This document shows positions 11,700 through 24,310 of a stretch of DNA of 64,000 bases, in pieces; within the stretch, counting starts at the first letter, position 1, and each line of letters begins with the position of its first letter. The notes below the pieces were generated by a model. The model had not been told where the DNA came from, did no database searches, and saw only the letters and a program-made list of their open reading frames with translations. Source of the DNA: Octopus sinensis (lineage: Eukaryota); contig NC_043000.1 in NCBI RefSeq assembly GCF_006345805.1, forward strand, positions 33,666,001 through 33,730,000, written 5' to 3'. Made by a program: the position numbers and the translations under genes.

Positions 11700-12800
11700 T
11701 CTGGATATCTAGAGTACACCACAATTCTCAGTGAAATGATCTGGGAAGCCCCAGAATGCAAAAGTAGCCTGCCCTGTGCGTACGAGCCGATCGCTTGTGT
11801 ACTCACATATGCAGCCCTAGTCTATGGCTATATCCTTTCACTCATTGAGATGATCACCAGCTACTTTGGAGGTATCTGTGTTTCAAAACGGTCCAGTTTA
11901 CAACTCGGGAGACAAAACCGGAGAAAGAAATTGTAACTGGTTGCAGGATTTCTCCATCATACATTTCTCTTCTTCGTGAGAATTTACCGCCTTACAGACA
12001 TTGCTGATAAAGAAGTCCAAACACTAAGAATTGAGATTGGGAGCCATCAGCATACAATAAGTGGTGCCCATAGAAGATCTCACAGTGATGAGCATAACCC
12101 ATGTGGAGTCGAAACGGATGCCATTATCATTTAAATATATGGCAACTCATTGAGGTTTAACTGAAGAAATCTTGGAGTATGGTGATCAGGAAAAGCAAGG
12201 TGAGAAGTGAGCTTGAGTTGTAAGTGTAGGGATCGGTTATTCCATCGATAGAGGAAAACCTGATTAAATATCTCACAGAGTGGTTTAATGAGTCACTCAT
12301 CGACAGGGGCAACATTCCCAGATGAGAAGAGAAGCTGATAAAAGAATGGTTGGGGAGGAGTGAAAGGTCGAGGATTCAAAGAAAATCCAAAGCAAGGCTC
12401 TACCAGCATGGACTACTCCTGAGATTCATATGGCACATATGAGGTTTCAATGGTAAGGATGGAAGGGGTGGAGGGGAAGATCAGCAAACACTCCCGTAGG
12501 AGGTTAGGGATCCCATCAAGTTTCAGATCAGTGAACCTGTATATAAGATCATAACGGATCTATATCCGTGTCGTCCATGATGAGAAAATCAAGGCAGCGT
12601 TGTGTAAAGTCGTCAAGATATGCAGTGGTCACCTAACATTATAGTTGCACAAGCTGAAAATATGTTCAACGCATGTGGCATTACTGGAATGACATACACA
12701 GGACGTGAGGGTCTCGACTCTTCTCATTTTCTGCAATGTGGTAAAGTGGATATTAAGGGAAAGAAAGTCATGATCCTTGCTGATGTACGGCTCCAGGAAA
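11700..12800 (-). pseudogene. highly decayed non-LTR retroelement C-terminus (possible zinc knuckle then RNase H)
   Basis: CVCHSSNATCVEHIFSLC in ORF 12629-12814; LYADGS-like motif near 12050; weak W.P.H..EN-like motif near 11740. Confidence 0.3.
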
Positions 12801-13545
12801 AGTAAGAAAACCAAGAGCAGTGGAGTTACTATCCCAGGAAGCCTGGGCCAAAATGAAATCTCTTGAAGAGGAAGCTAACGTGGACAGACCTGTGAAGATG
12901 AACACCTTCCGTATCGCAGCTCTCTGCATGATGACACCTCTGGGACTAACTCGGAATGACCCCAGCAACATCAAGTAAGAGCACGAAGCGAAACCAAGCC
13001 GTATCTCCTTGCTTCTGCCGCTGGTGTATAACATAACAACTATAACAAATCTGCACAAATGAAGGGAGAACACGCTATGTAGGCTTTGTGGAGAGAAAGG
13101 CATTTTGGTGCACAGCTTATCACAATATAAAATATCATTTAACTCCGGGAGATGTGGTGCTTTGTCAAGAAAGACACAAGAAATGCCAACTGTAGGAGAT
13201 GAGAACACAATTAATCAAGGTCGTGGGAGAGGGAGAAAAGTCATTGGCAACGACAAGAAAAACAATCCGTTTATTATAAGATGGCAAAACACGAAATATA
13301 AACGTAGACACGGAGGAAAGACTGCAGCTGATTTAATTCGTTCCGACAATTATGAGGCCGGATGTAGTTTTGTGACAAAGAAAGTGATTCTGATCGACCT
13401 TACAGTCTAGTGGGAAGAAGGGTGTGGCCAAGCACGACAAGTACAAGAACCTCGTTCAGGCTTACAGGGCAAAAGAGATGGTAGGCATGGCTATTCCCAA
13501 TCGAGGTTGGCCGTAGAGAATTCCCTGCCCAGTCGGTGGAAGAAA
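12790..13545 (+). mobile_element. HERO-like RLE non-LTR retrotransposon 3' fragment
   Basis: LCRLCGEKGILVHSLS zinc-knuckle remnant, KVILIDLTV*WEEG, and WLFPIEVGRREFPAQSV (cf. FPVEVGCRGF). Confidence 0.7.
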
Positions 13546-13559
13546 TTGGAGAGATGATG

Positions 13560-13573
13560 ATACTACTACTACA

Positions 13574-13628
<55 letters not shown>

Positions 13629-13629
13629 T
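13560..13629. repeat. (CTA)n microsatellite
   Basis: Read directly. Confidence 0.95.
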
Positions 13630-14025
13630 GCTGGATCATAGATATAGTAGCATACCCGGCTGACAACAAGGTATGCGATAAGGAAAAAAGAAAAATCGAT
13701 AGATATGACAAGTTAGCTTGGGAAGTAAAGCAGTTGTGGTCGATGAAAAAGGTGGTAGTAGTACCAATAATTGTCGGAGCCCTGGGAATAGCGAGCAAAC
13801 ATCTCGAGAAGTACGTGGAACAAATAGGGGCTGCAATAAAGGTGGAGCACTTGCAGAAAACAGCACTTCTTGGAACCTCTCGAATACTTCGGAAGGTGCT
13901 CGAAAAATAAGAGGTGTTACCTTAGTTCACTGGTAGTGAAAAGCTGACACCGTAGTACATGTCCATCGTTAGAAGCTCTTCAAAGGCAATGATAACAACA
14001 ACAACAACAATAATCATAATAATAA
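13630..14025 (+). mobile_element. R4/Dong-clade LINE 3' end (restriction-like endonuclease C-terminus plus UTR and AAC/AAT tail)
   Basis: CWIIDIVAYPADNKVCDKEKRKIDRYDKLAWEVKQLW...VVVVPIIVGALG...LQKTALLGTSRILRKVL; tail (AAC)n(AAT)n. Confidence 0.88.
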
Positions 14026-14029
14026 TGTT

Positions 14030-14660
14030 ACAATTTTAAAATCCCACGTATTTAGAGCAGGTCTTGAATATAGGATGTAGAATAAACCTTAAAAACCAGA
14101 ATCAGATGAAAGGGATAAAATTAAAGTCTCTGATTAGGGGGAAAATTATCAAAATCAAGAATCTCAGACTACGAAGACTGCAAGGAGAGAAACCATTCTT
14201 CGGAGTTGAATGAAATTACCATTATAAGTAATTAATGATGGTAGAATCTTGTAAAATCAAAGAGCCAATATATTTGGCACCGATTAATAATAAGCTAATC
14301 AGAAAACCCATTATAGACCAATATAATAAATATCCTAAATTAAAACAATAATTACTGCATTGATTTGTGTGGCACATAGTCAGTGTTCGAAACCTACGGC
14401 GAATATTGAGGTTCTGAGATCAAACCTGATGTTTACGGTTAGATGGAGGCCTTGAACATAATGGAAGAATGGACATTCGGAATGTTGTCAACGAAAATAT
14501 AAACGAAATATATATAAACTTAATTAGCGTGGACATTCTATATTGGATGTGTTCAATATCTATGATATAAAGGAAATAATTAACAAAGAAAATGTCAGGG
14601 GAGATAAGGATGAAGCAATCACAATATTATTGAAAAGTTATCCATAAGCTTGTTAGTTCG
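14030..14660 (-). pseudogene. very old LINE RT remnant
   Basis: Minus-strand SSLSPLTF and IFVDN (cf. QG..LSP.LF and LFADD) motifs only. Confidence 0.3.
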
Positions 14661-15688
14661 CCTGTTATACTCTAGTTAGGGAGGTGGAGGTGGAGTGAAT
14701 GCGAGGTGGAGTAAAAGTGTGTGCGTGTGAGAGAGAGAAAGAGAGAGAGGAGAAATGTGAGTAGAGAAGAAAGAAGAGTATAATAATACTTTAAGGCCAA
14801 ATGCATCACGTGGTTAGTTGAACGGAGAGGCGAAGAGCGGTGAGAAAAAAGTGGGAGAGAGAAGTGTTAATGTAGGGTGGAGAGGGAAAGGTGAAGAGAA
14901 AGAGAGAATATTAAAGACATAAAGAGGGAATTAGATGGTTAAAAAGTTTGTGGAAAAAGTAGAGAGAAAGAGAGAAATATAAAGTGATTAGCAGAGGGAA
15001 AGTTTAAAGTCATATGAGATATACTATTGTGACCGGAAGTGAAATAACTGAGCCAAATAAAAATAAAAGTCATCCTTTCTTTCTTAAATAGCTTCTCTTA
15101 AGCTTTTACGTTCTCTGGAATTTCCATGGGTTTCACTAGTAATTTTTTTCTTTTTAATTAGATAAGATTAATTGCGACGAGGCATTTTAGCGTGTGGTGT
15201 TTTAGTTATCTGACTTGACAATCCAAATTCGTTCGCTTCTTGCTTTGTTAACCAAGGAAGAACGAAGCGGAAGCAACCGCACCAAGATTCGATCCCACAA
15301 TGGAATGACGCCAATGCACTGAATTTTCTTTCAAATCAATGTTCTTGTGATTAATATTGAATATCGATAAATAATCAATAACACAGGTTTAGAAACTGAA
15401 GCCGAACACTATCCTTGCGACATGTAAAGGATTCAGTTTAGAATGTATCGCTACTGCTTTGGTTCCGGGTTCAGAGGGAACATCTGCTAGAATGTTATGA
15501 GCGACCGTACCTAAAGCCCTAGTCAGAGTTTCAGGAATCACACAAACGTGACAAAATTCTCTAACTGATCAGAATAACCGGACAAAATTAGAAAGCAAAC
15601 AATGAAATACACAACTATAAAAACATCCCGATAAAACAAGAGTAAGAATACTGGAGAAGAGGCATAAACAATACAGAAATACCAGCCC

Positions 15689-15773
<85 letters not shown>

Positions 15774-16455
15774 CATACATATATATATATATGTACATAC
15801 ATACATATACCCAGGCCTATTTTCCATTTTTTAGGAGGGGTAGCCACAGCAAGACATACACCAGGCATTCCATTCATTTCCCAGCTCAAAGAAGCGAGCC
15901 CCGTCCAATGCTCAGGTCAAGGCATAGAAAACAACCGCCAATATCAACAGCGGGACCCGACAGCATATGCTGGTTTACCCTCGCCGCGTCATGCTGGTTC
16001 CGTACCCATTTGAGCAACATCAGATTCACTCATCCGTGTCTGTGTGTGTGTGAATTTGTATATATACATGAATAGCTACAATACTAATAATAGTCCTCAA
16101 CTAAAGATCGCTGTAGCGTGAAACTCGAATCGTAAAAAAAGGAATTCAGTTTCAATAAACTATATAGATTATAATATTTTTGAGATTTTCCTCTCATATA
16201 TATATATTTGTATATATATAACATCTAATGTAGGATAAATTTTTTCGAAAAAATTCTATCAATGGCCAGCATATTAAAAAATACCTTTAAAGTTTAAATT
16301 TATAAACAATTTATAAGTAAAGGCAAAAGAAAAACTTTCTAATGCCAAAATATGCCGAAAATAGACATAACGTTAACAACCATGTAATTCATCACTACAA
16401 GCACGCGTCTCGAAGAAAGACGACAGAAATTTCTTTAAAAATCCCGTTATTACCA

Positions 16456-16509
16456 TATCGGACCCGATTTCAGAGTTAGTTCATAAGAACCTTCCCTTCA
16501 TCAGTGATA
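16456..16509 (-). ncRNA. minimal type I hammerhead ribozyme (inverted copy)
   Basis: TATCA-CTGATGA-stem II-GAAA-TCGGG-TC-CGATA on minus strand; one stem I mismatch. Confidence 0.6.
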
Positions 16510-16675
16510 AATGCGGCAAAGAAATAAATGAAATACTTACTTATACCCATGTAAGAAGCGAACACTAAGTCATGAGCACAATTAAGCACCCCAAATATAT
16601 CCAAAATAGAAACTATCTAGTGTCCGCTTCTTCCATGGGTATAAGTAAGTATTTCACTTATTTCTTTGCCTCATT

Positions 16676-16729
16676 TATCACTGATGAAGGGAAGGTTCTT
16701 GTGAACTAACTCTGAAATCGGGTCTGATA
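16676..16729 (+). ncRNA. minimal type I hammerhead ribozyme
   Basis: Stem I TATCA/TGATA, core CTGATGA (16681-16687), stem II with GTTC/GAAC hairpin, GAAA (16714-16717), GTC triplet with cleavage predicted after 16724. Confidence 0.72.
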
Positions 16730-17155
16730 TGGTAATAACGGGATTATTAAAGAAATTTCTGTCGGCTTTCTTCGAGACGCGTGCTTGTAGTGATAAATTA
16801 CATGGTTATTGACGTTATATCTATTTTCGGCACATTTTGGCATTAGAAAGATTTCTTTTGCCTTTACTTATAAATTGTTTATAAATTTAACTTTTAAAGT
16901 TATTTTTTAATATGCTGGCCATTGATAGAATTTTTTCGAAAGATTTTATCCTACATTAGATGTTAATTTTATAGTGTTCACTTCCGGACTCTCTCACTTT
17001 ACGAGAGTTTTTTTTAGTTTGAAACGCACGTGTCTTGAGATGGGCTATAGAGTTTTTATTTTGGATATATTTGGGGTACTTAATTGTGCTCATGACTTAG
17101 TGTTCGCTTCCTCCATGGGGATAAGTAAGTATTTCACTTATTTCTTTGCCGCAAT

Positions 17156-17209
17156 TATCACTGATGAAGGGAGGGTTCTTGTGAACTAACTCTGAAATCG
17201 GGTCCGATA
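17156..17209 (+). ncRNA. minimal type I hammerhead ribozyme (tandem copy)
   Basis: Same motif exactly 480 bp downstream; A.C mismatch next to the cleavage site. Confidence 0.62.
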
Positions 17210-17356
17210 TGGTAATAAAGGGATTTTTAAAGAAATTTCTGTCGGCTTTCTTCGAGACGCGTGCTTGTAGTGATAAATTACATGGTTATTGACGTTATGT
17301 CTATTTTCGGCATATTTTGGCATTAGAAATTTTTTCTTTTGCCCTTACTTATAAAT

Positions 17357-17358
17357 CA

Positions 17359-17453
<95 letters not shown>

Positions 17454-17473
17454 ACATACATACATGCATACAT

Positions 17474-17513
<40 letters not shown>

Positions 17514-17592
17514 AATGTATGTATGTATGTATGTATGTATGTATGTATGTATGCATGTATGTATGTATGTATGTATGTATGTATGTATGTGT
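17357..17592. repeat. (TCTA)n, (TA)n, (ATGT)n microsatellites
   Basis: Read directly. Confidence 0.95.
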
Positions 17593-18006
17593 GTTACAAC
17601 TCTACATAGAACAGGATAGCCAGCAATCGATAAAATAAGTAACAGTTTGAAATATTGGTGACCAAATGCCTTTGCAGTTGGTGTCCATGTTTGTTCACCC
17701 TAAAAACACTGAAATTGGTGAAAGAACATATTGATATATCGATTGGTGGTCGATACGTTTCACTGACGAAACTCAAAAGGGCAAAAATACAATGGCACCA
17801 CCGCGGCAAGGGGATTTCTATCGGCCATTTATATACTTCTGTGGATTTTTAACAACATAACTGTCTCAGAGATGCTTTCTCAAGACGAATGCCGCAGTTT
17901 ATGAGCCTTACAATGATGAATGTCCTTTAATTATGGTATACAGATATCTGTATTGTACTATTACTGTTCCTGTCGTTCATAAAATGTATCTATATCTATC
18001 TATCTA

Positions 18007-18062
<56 letters not shown>

Positions 18063-18082
18063 AATCTATCTATCTATCTATC

Positions 18083-19251
18083 TTGGCACCGCGAGTGTCG
18101 CGTTGCTCTCAAGCAACTCTGCCGTCCCGGGTCGACCTTGAGTGACTTCAACACAACCAAAGCATTCTATAGGGGATTAGTGGAGGGGAGGTACGACGAC
18201 GAGCTCGGGGCGAACCTGGACGTCGACGAGGAGTACCTGACCCGCCTGTTCAGGACGACTTTCGGGCCAGGGCCCATGGACAACTTCCAGAGATCCCTGG
18301 CCTGGCAGTGCTACCGAGAAGCGCTACCCGTTCTGGATAAGCTCTACAGACACGGCTCGAGAAACACGGGGCCGACCTGCCCGAGATGCGGTCAGAGCGA
18401 CGAAACCATTCTGCACGCACTCGTGCAGTGTCCAACAATTTCCGACCTGTGGGCTTATGTCGAACAACTGCTGTCACGTGTGGGACGAGTCGGTTTATCA
18501 GCTGAGTCTATCGTCAATATTGTCACGCCTCCTTCCTTCAAACGGGAAGAGCTATTTTCATCATCCTTGTGGCTATGGCGAAAGAATGTATCTGGTGGAC
18601 GCGTCTGAAAGGATTGGAGACAAAAACTTTCCTCTCTGGTCAATCTCTCATCAACTTCTTCAAGTACCACTTGAAAAGGAAAGTGAGAGTAGAGAGGCAA
18701 GTTTTGTCTTGCGAATGTTTTAAAAAAGGATGGGTGAATGTAGCAAGGATGGCACGTATGAATGACGAAGCCACCTTGAGCATAATCCTATGAACCCAGA
18801 AATTGAAAACAGAGGGTTACCCACTTGCAAACAAATGTGTGGTAACATATAACAATATTGACCAAGGTTACCGTGGTCTTTTCGTAGGCTTTTCTTCCCA
18901 CGGATAAACCTTACTTGCTTTCCCCTTTACACCATATATCATAACACTGTGATACACGATCCCTATTGATCGTTCTTTTTTTTCCTCTTCCCCTTTTTTT
19001 CCCCTTTTTTCTTCTTTTTCATTTCTCTTCTTTTTGTTCCTATTCCTTTTCTTTTTTTTTTCTTTTATTCTTTTTATTTTATTCAATTTTTTTTGTTCTT
19101 TTCTTCCCTTTTACGATCCCTCTTGATCGAAAACCTACGCCACCCCCTTTTTTTTTTCTTTTGTTTTTTGTTCTCTTCATCCCCCAAAAGAAAAGCTCTA
19201 CCTTGTAACTTGTCCCATCTGTGTGCAGCCTGTGTGGCCAATAAAGAAACT
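18083..19251 (+). mobile_element. 5'-truncated Tx1/L1-clade LINE (zf-RVT C-terminus plus T-rich 3' UTR) embedded in (TATC)n
   Basis: SLAWQCYREALPVLDKL...CPRCGQSDETILHALVQCP...LW zf-RVT motif; one frameshift to AKECIWWTR. AATAAA near 19240. (TATC)n on both flanks. Confidence 0.85.
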
Positions 19252-19330
19252 TATCTATCTCTATCTATCTATCTATCTATCTATATCTACTATCTATCTA
19301 TCTATATCTATCTATCTATCTGTCTATCTA

Positions 19331-19411
<81 letters not shown>

Positions 19412-19560
19412 CTATCTATCTCTATCTACACGCATACATTCATACATAGATATGTACATACATGTATACATACACACACATACATACGTATATTTTAGCA
19501 TATATATATAGTATAATGTGTATATGCGTGTGCAAGATGGTAACATGCATATGTTTTGCA

Positions 19561-19592
<32 letters not shown>

Positions 19593-19675
19593 CGCGCACA
19601 CGCGTTTTATATGATATGCAACTTGCTATGTTTGCAAGGAAACAACTACGTGTGCAGTAGCACATTCAGTGTATG

Positions 19676-19689
<14 letters not shown>

Positions 19690-19710
<21 letters not shown>

Positions 19711-20787
19711 CTACACAGCCATACCCTCACTCAGACACACACACCTACCTACACACACACACAAACACACACAGACACACACCCATACATACATACATCT
19801 ACACACACACGCCTACACACATACATGCACACATACATAAACACACACACATACACGTACACACACATACGCACACACACATATACTTATACACATGTAC
19901 ACACACACACATACATACATACATACACCCATACACATACACACACACATACCTACATACTCCTATACGCACATACATACACACAGACATACACACATAC
20001 ACACTCACACAAACATACACACACACATACTTATACACACACTCACCTGCACGCGCACACACATACACACGCACCTACATACACACATGCACGCATACAC
20101 ACGCACACACACGCATACACACATACATTACACACGTACACACACACCTACATACACATGCATACACACACACACAAACATGCACGGACACACCCAGACA
20201 TACATACATACACCTATATACACACGCCCACACACCTACATACACACACATATACACACGCCCACACACCTACATACACACACATACATACACACACATA
20301 CACGGACACACCCATACATACTTACATACATACACCTATACACACACACGCCACACACCTACATACACACACATGCATACACACACACACATGTACGCAC
20401 ATACACACACATATACGCACATACATATATATACCACACACATGCACACACACACACATACACATGCATGCATGCATGCACACGCGCACCACCTACACGC
20501 ATACACACACACACACGCACGTACACATACATACATACACACACACACACTCACTCACACACCTGTATGTACGCGCACACACATGCACATACACACACTT
20601 CCACACACCCACACGTACATACATACACACTCATACACATACACACACACACACACGGATATACATCTATGCACACACATATATACACACATACTCACAT
20701 ACATTCATCGGACACACTGCCACCCAGACATACACACAGACACACTCACACATCCACACACATAATACTTACGCGCATACTCGCAGG
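19690..20787. repeat. ~1.1-kb degenerate (CA)/(CATA) cryptic simple repeat
   Basis: Read directly; produces three overlapping 350-450 aa His/Thr ORFs. Confidence 0.9.
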
Positions 20788-20887
20788 NNNNNNNNNNNNN
20801 NNNNNNNNNNNNNNNNNNNNNNNNNNNNNNNNNNNNNNNNNNNNNNNNNNNNNNNNNNNNNNNNNNNNNNNNNNNNNNNNNNNNNNN
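20788..20887. other. assembly gap (100 N)
   Basis: Run of N. Confidence 1.
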
Positions 20888-21105
20888 AGTCTAGAACAGG
20901 TATATCTCGGCGGCTGCAGGTCTTGCTGCTCCAGACTGTGGCTGTCCGAGTGACCGTGGGCATATCTAAGAGGGCTATTACGAACAGTAATGTCCCTAGA
21001 ATAGTTCCCTGGGGCACGCCACTTAAGCTTTGAGTTTCCTCAGAAAGGGCACCATTAGCTGCAACTGCCTGACATCTGTCTTTAAGGAAATCATGCAGCT
21101 ATTCT
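20888..21105 (-). mobile_element. CR1-like LINE RT fragment
   Basis: SGVPQGTILGTLLFVIALLDMP; similar to the 56430-56600 segment. Confidence 0.8.
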
Positions 21106-21389
21106 CAGTGGACGCGTGGCATAAATTCGGTATCGTATATTTCCTCTTCTTTAATAAAGATATCCTCGAAACGTTTTCTCAATTTACGCTTTTATTTTCA
21201 CCTTAAACTCCTAGTGTTGTTTTTCTGTTTATATTGCTACACTTTTCAGTCACGTTTTCTTCGTCTGAGTGTGAGTATAATTTGGTTTTCTCTTTCTCAC
21301 AATTTTCTTCGTTTATTTGTACGATATACTTGTGTGTGTGCTGGTGTGTACGCATACATGCCTATTAATATCTGTACATATTAATGTGT

Positions 21390-21437
<48 letters not shown>

Positions 21438-21714
21438 AGTGTGTGTGTGCATACACACGTACTTATGAATATATGTACATATTAATGTATATATATGTGT
21501 ATAAGTTTGTATGTATGTATGTGTGTGTGCGCGTGTGTGCGTGTCCATACACACGTACTTATAAATGTTTGTACATAATGTGTGTGTGTGCATACACACG
21601 TACTTATGAATATATGTGCATATTAATGTATATATATGTGTGTAAGTGTGTATGTATGTATGTATGTATGTATGTGTGTGTGTGTATGTGTGTGTATGTA
21701 TGTCTGTCTGTGTG

Positions 21715-21900
21715 TGCTATAACAGTTTGGGTTTCAAGGGTCCACAACTATTCAGCATTCTGACAAACACCCTCAGACAGTTGTGAGGTGCAGATGTGGT
21801 GACCTTCAAAGAGAGTCTATTCCATTTTTTATCTAAGATACCAGATGAGAGGACATCGTGGTTGGTGTCACCAGAAACAAAGCAGAAACGAAACCAGGAA
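21715..21900 (+). mobile_element. CR1-like LINE ORF2 C-terminal fragment
   Basis: NSLGFKGPQLFSIL...VTFKESLFHFLSKIPDE. Confidence 0.65.
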
Positions 21901-23169
21901 ATACAGGAAATCATAAAGCATAAAACACAAGCGCGCACACATACACACACACGCACACAGATGCACACACACATACACACACAGACACACACAGATGCAC
22001 ACACATACACACACACAGAGACGAACACATACACATATGCTCACACATTCACGGAAGATCGCGCGTGCACACACACATACACACATACACTTACACGCAC
22101 ATACATACACACACATGGAACACGCATACAAACACACACATACACACACACACAGATGCGCACACATACACAGACGATCGCGAGCACACACACACACGCA
22201 CACACATACACTTGCCACACACACACACACATGGTAAGTTTCCAAGTTTGAGAAATGCATAGCTTCCCAAACTAAGTGAAAAAAATTACTCAACGTTTTT
22301 GATCTTCAACAACCGGAAGCGTGAAACGAGTTGCTTTATCGTTAATTTTCAAAATCCGAAGGAAATATCAATCGATTTTGGTTGGAATAAACTTCTTCAG
22401 GCCTTGATTCTCTCTTTTTTTTTCTACAGGGATTGCACGGTTCCCTTATCCATCATTTTGTAGCAAGAAACAAAATATCGTTTTGAGAAAAACCGGCCTT
22501 ATCTCAATTTTTGCAGCCAATGAAATCACTCTTCATAATATACTCCACAGGAAGTCAGTTACCACGTGGTACTGTACTCACATCCGTCTGTCTGTCTGTC
22601 TGTCTGTCTGTCTCTGTCTCTACTCTCTCTTTACTCTCTCTATATCTATCTCTCTCTCTCCCTCACACACACACACGTAAATATGCGAGTGGACACAGAG
22701 ATGCGGCTCATATCCATTGGTTGAACGCTCCATCAAAAGCCCAATATTTAATAAAATTGTTTCTCCCGCTATTGTTATCACAAATATTTATTACAGTTAT
22801 CACACATTTTTTATTGACCAATTTCGATTTCTGGGCTTCAAAAGATAAATTCGTTTCCTCGGACAATCTCTAAGTATTATTAACACGCATACATACCAAC
22901 TACACATACTTAACTATGGGCACACAGCACACACACACACACACGACATAACGCACCCTTACGCAACGCATAACAAATATAAACGCATACAGTTAAAACT
23001 ACAAATACACATATAGGCGCATGGTTGCAGCTTGCCTACGAGGGAGACTATGGCGCCGTTCAAACTGCAAGAAATAGTAGCCAAATCACTCTCAAATGTT
23101 GTCAAACTGCCTTATGTGTGTTTACATGTATGATAATTATCCAAGAGGACATCTACACGCTGGGTTTCA

Positions 23170-23890
23170 CTGTTAGGGAAAATCTCCCCTGGCGAAAATA
23201 TACCCTCAGGATCTTTAGACCGTATTCTCAAAAGAGGCCTTCCCTTCAGGGCCAGAAAATATTCTAGCCTTCAGCAACTGCTGACGCTCAACAATGCTCA
23301 ATTGAGGACCACAATGGAGTATTTTGCCCACGTTTAGAATCGCGCTGCTGGTTTCTACACAGTCATCCTGAACAGCAGCTATAGTGGAGGCGCAATGGCC
23401 TAGTGGTTAGGGTAGCGGACTCGCGGTCGGAGGATCGCGGTTTCGATTCCCAGACCGGGCGTTGTGTGTGTTTATTGAGCAAAAACACCTAAAGCTCCAC
23501 GAGTCTCCGGCAGGGGGTGGTGGCGACCCCTGTTGTACTCTTTCGCTCTAACTTTCTCTCACTCTTTCTTCCTGTTTCTTGTCGGGGGTAGACCTGCTTT
23601 CTCTTCTGCGGGTGTTACGAATAGCAAAGGACCACGTTTCGGACTTCTCCCATCTTGCGAACTCTGGGACAAAGACCGTTCGCTCAACAACAGCAACAGC
23701 ATCTACAAAAGGATCATTCGACATGTTAGAACAGAAACACAAACGGTTAGGCTCCAGGTCAAGCCCACAGGAGCCATGCCTTCTCTCTCTTTGGCATTCG
23801 TCACTTTTATAATGGCCTCTGTTTCTATCTCCATCATTCAGGCACGGATAATTGATCGGGTCCAGATCACGTGACTCGGTGAGCTTGCAT
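23170..23890 (+). mobile_element. decayed CR1/Jockey-group LINE fragment interrupted by SINE A
   Basis: QQLLTLNNAQLRTTMEYFAHV (cf. LYKAQ.RP.MEYCSH) before the SINE; KRIIRHV...FYNGLC after it. Confidence 0.55.
23384..23700 (+). mobile_element. tRNA-derived SINE family A
   Basis: Homologous to 236-600; flanked by ACAGCAGCTA and ACAGCATCTA (probable TSD). Confidence 0.88.
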
Positions 23891-24104
23891 ATGTCATGGG
23901 CAATGCCCTTTCCTCTTCCCTGAACAAGTAAATATCACATCCCCCCGACACACAATATAGTTTTGTGATTGCAGGACAAGATAACCAGTTGTTAGAACCC
24001 AGTATGTATGTAATGTCTTGAGTCTCAAACTGAGATGCAATGTTAACTCACAGACGTCCTTTCATCCAGACACAGCAACATACCTACAAAGCAAAATATT
24101 GGTC

Positions 24105-24310
24105 TCAAATTTTGGCACAACACCTGCAATTTTAGGAGAGAGTGCAATCAATTACACCGACCCCAGTGCTCGACTGGTACTTATATTGTCGACCCTGAAA
24201 GGATGAAAGGTAAAATTTGATCTCGAATTAGTTTAAACTCAGAACAGAAAATCGGACGAAATGCCGCTTACCGCTTTTTCCGGCTCCGTAGCGATTGTGC
24301 TAGCTCGCTG
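24105..24310 (-). mobile_element. SINE family C, diverged
   Basis: CGACCCCAGTGCTCGACTGGTACTTAT..GACCCTGAAAGGATGAAAGG...GAAATGCCGCTTA. Confidence 0.8.

Larger units (their letters stand above)
16221..17356. mobile_element. Penelope-pLTR/retrozyme-like array: one inverted copy (16221-16617) plus two tandem copies (480-bp period)
   Basis: 16618-16965 is the reverse complement of most of 16221-16570; 17098-17356 repeats 16618-16876. Each copy has a hammerhead core. Confidence 0.8.

Noticed and set aside
17595-17930. Possible Tc1 5' fragment
   Set aside because: Only vague N-terminal resemblance; no TIR pair or catalytic motif.
19518-21033. Longest ORFs in the window (352-454 aa)
   Set aside because: CA-rich low-complexity DNA open in all three frames; two of them read through the N gap.
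22230-22580. GTAAGT donor and TTTTCTACAG acceptor-like sites
   Set aside because: No coherent exon; the right end looks more like a DNA-transposon terminus.
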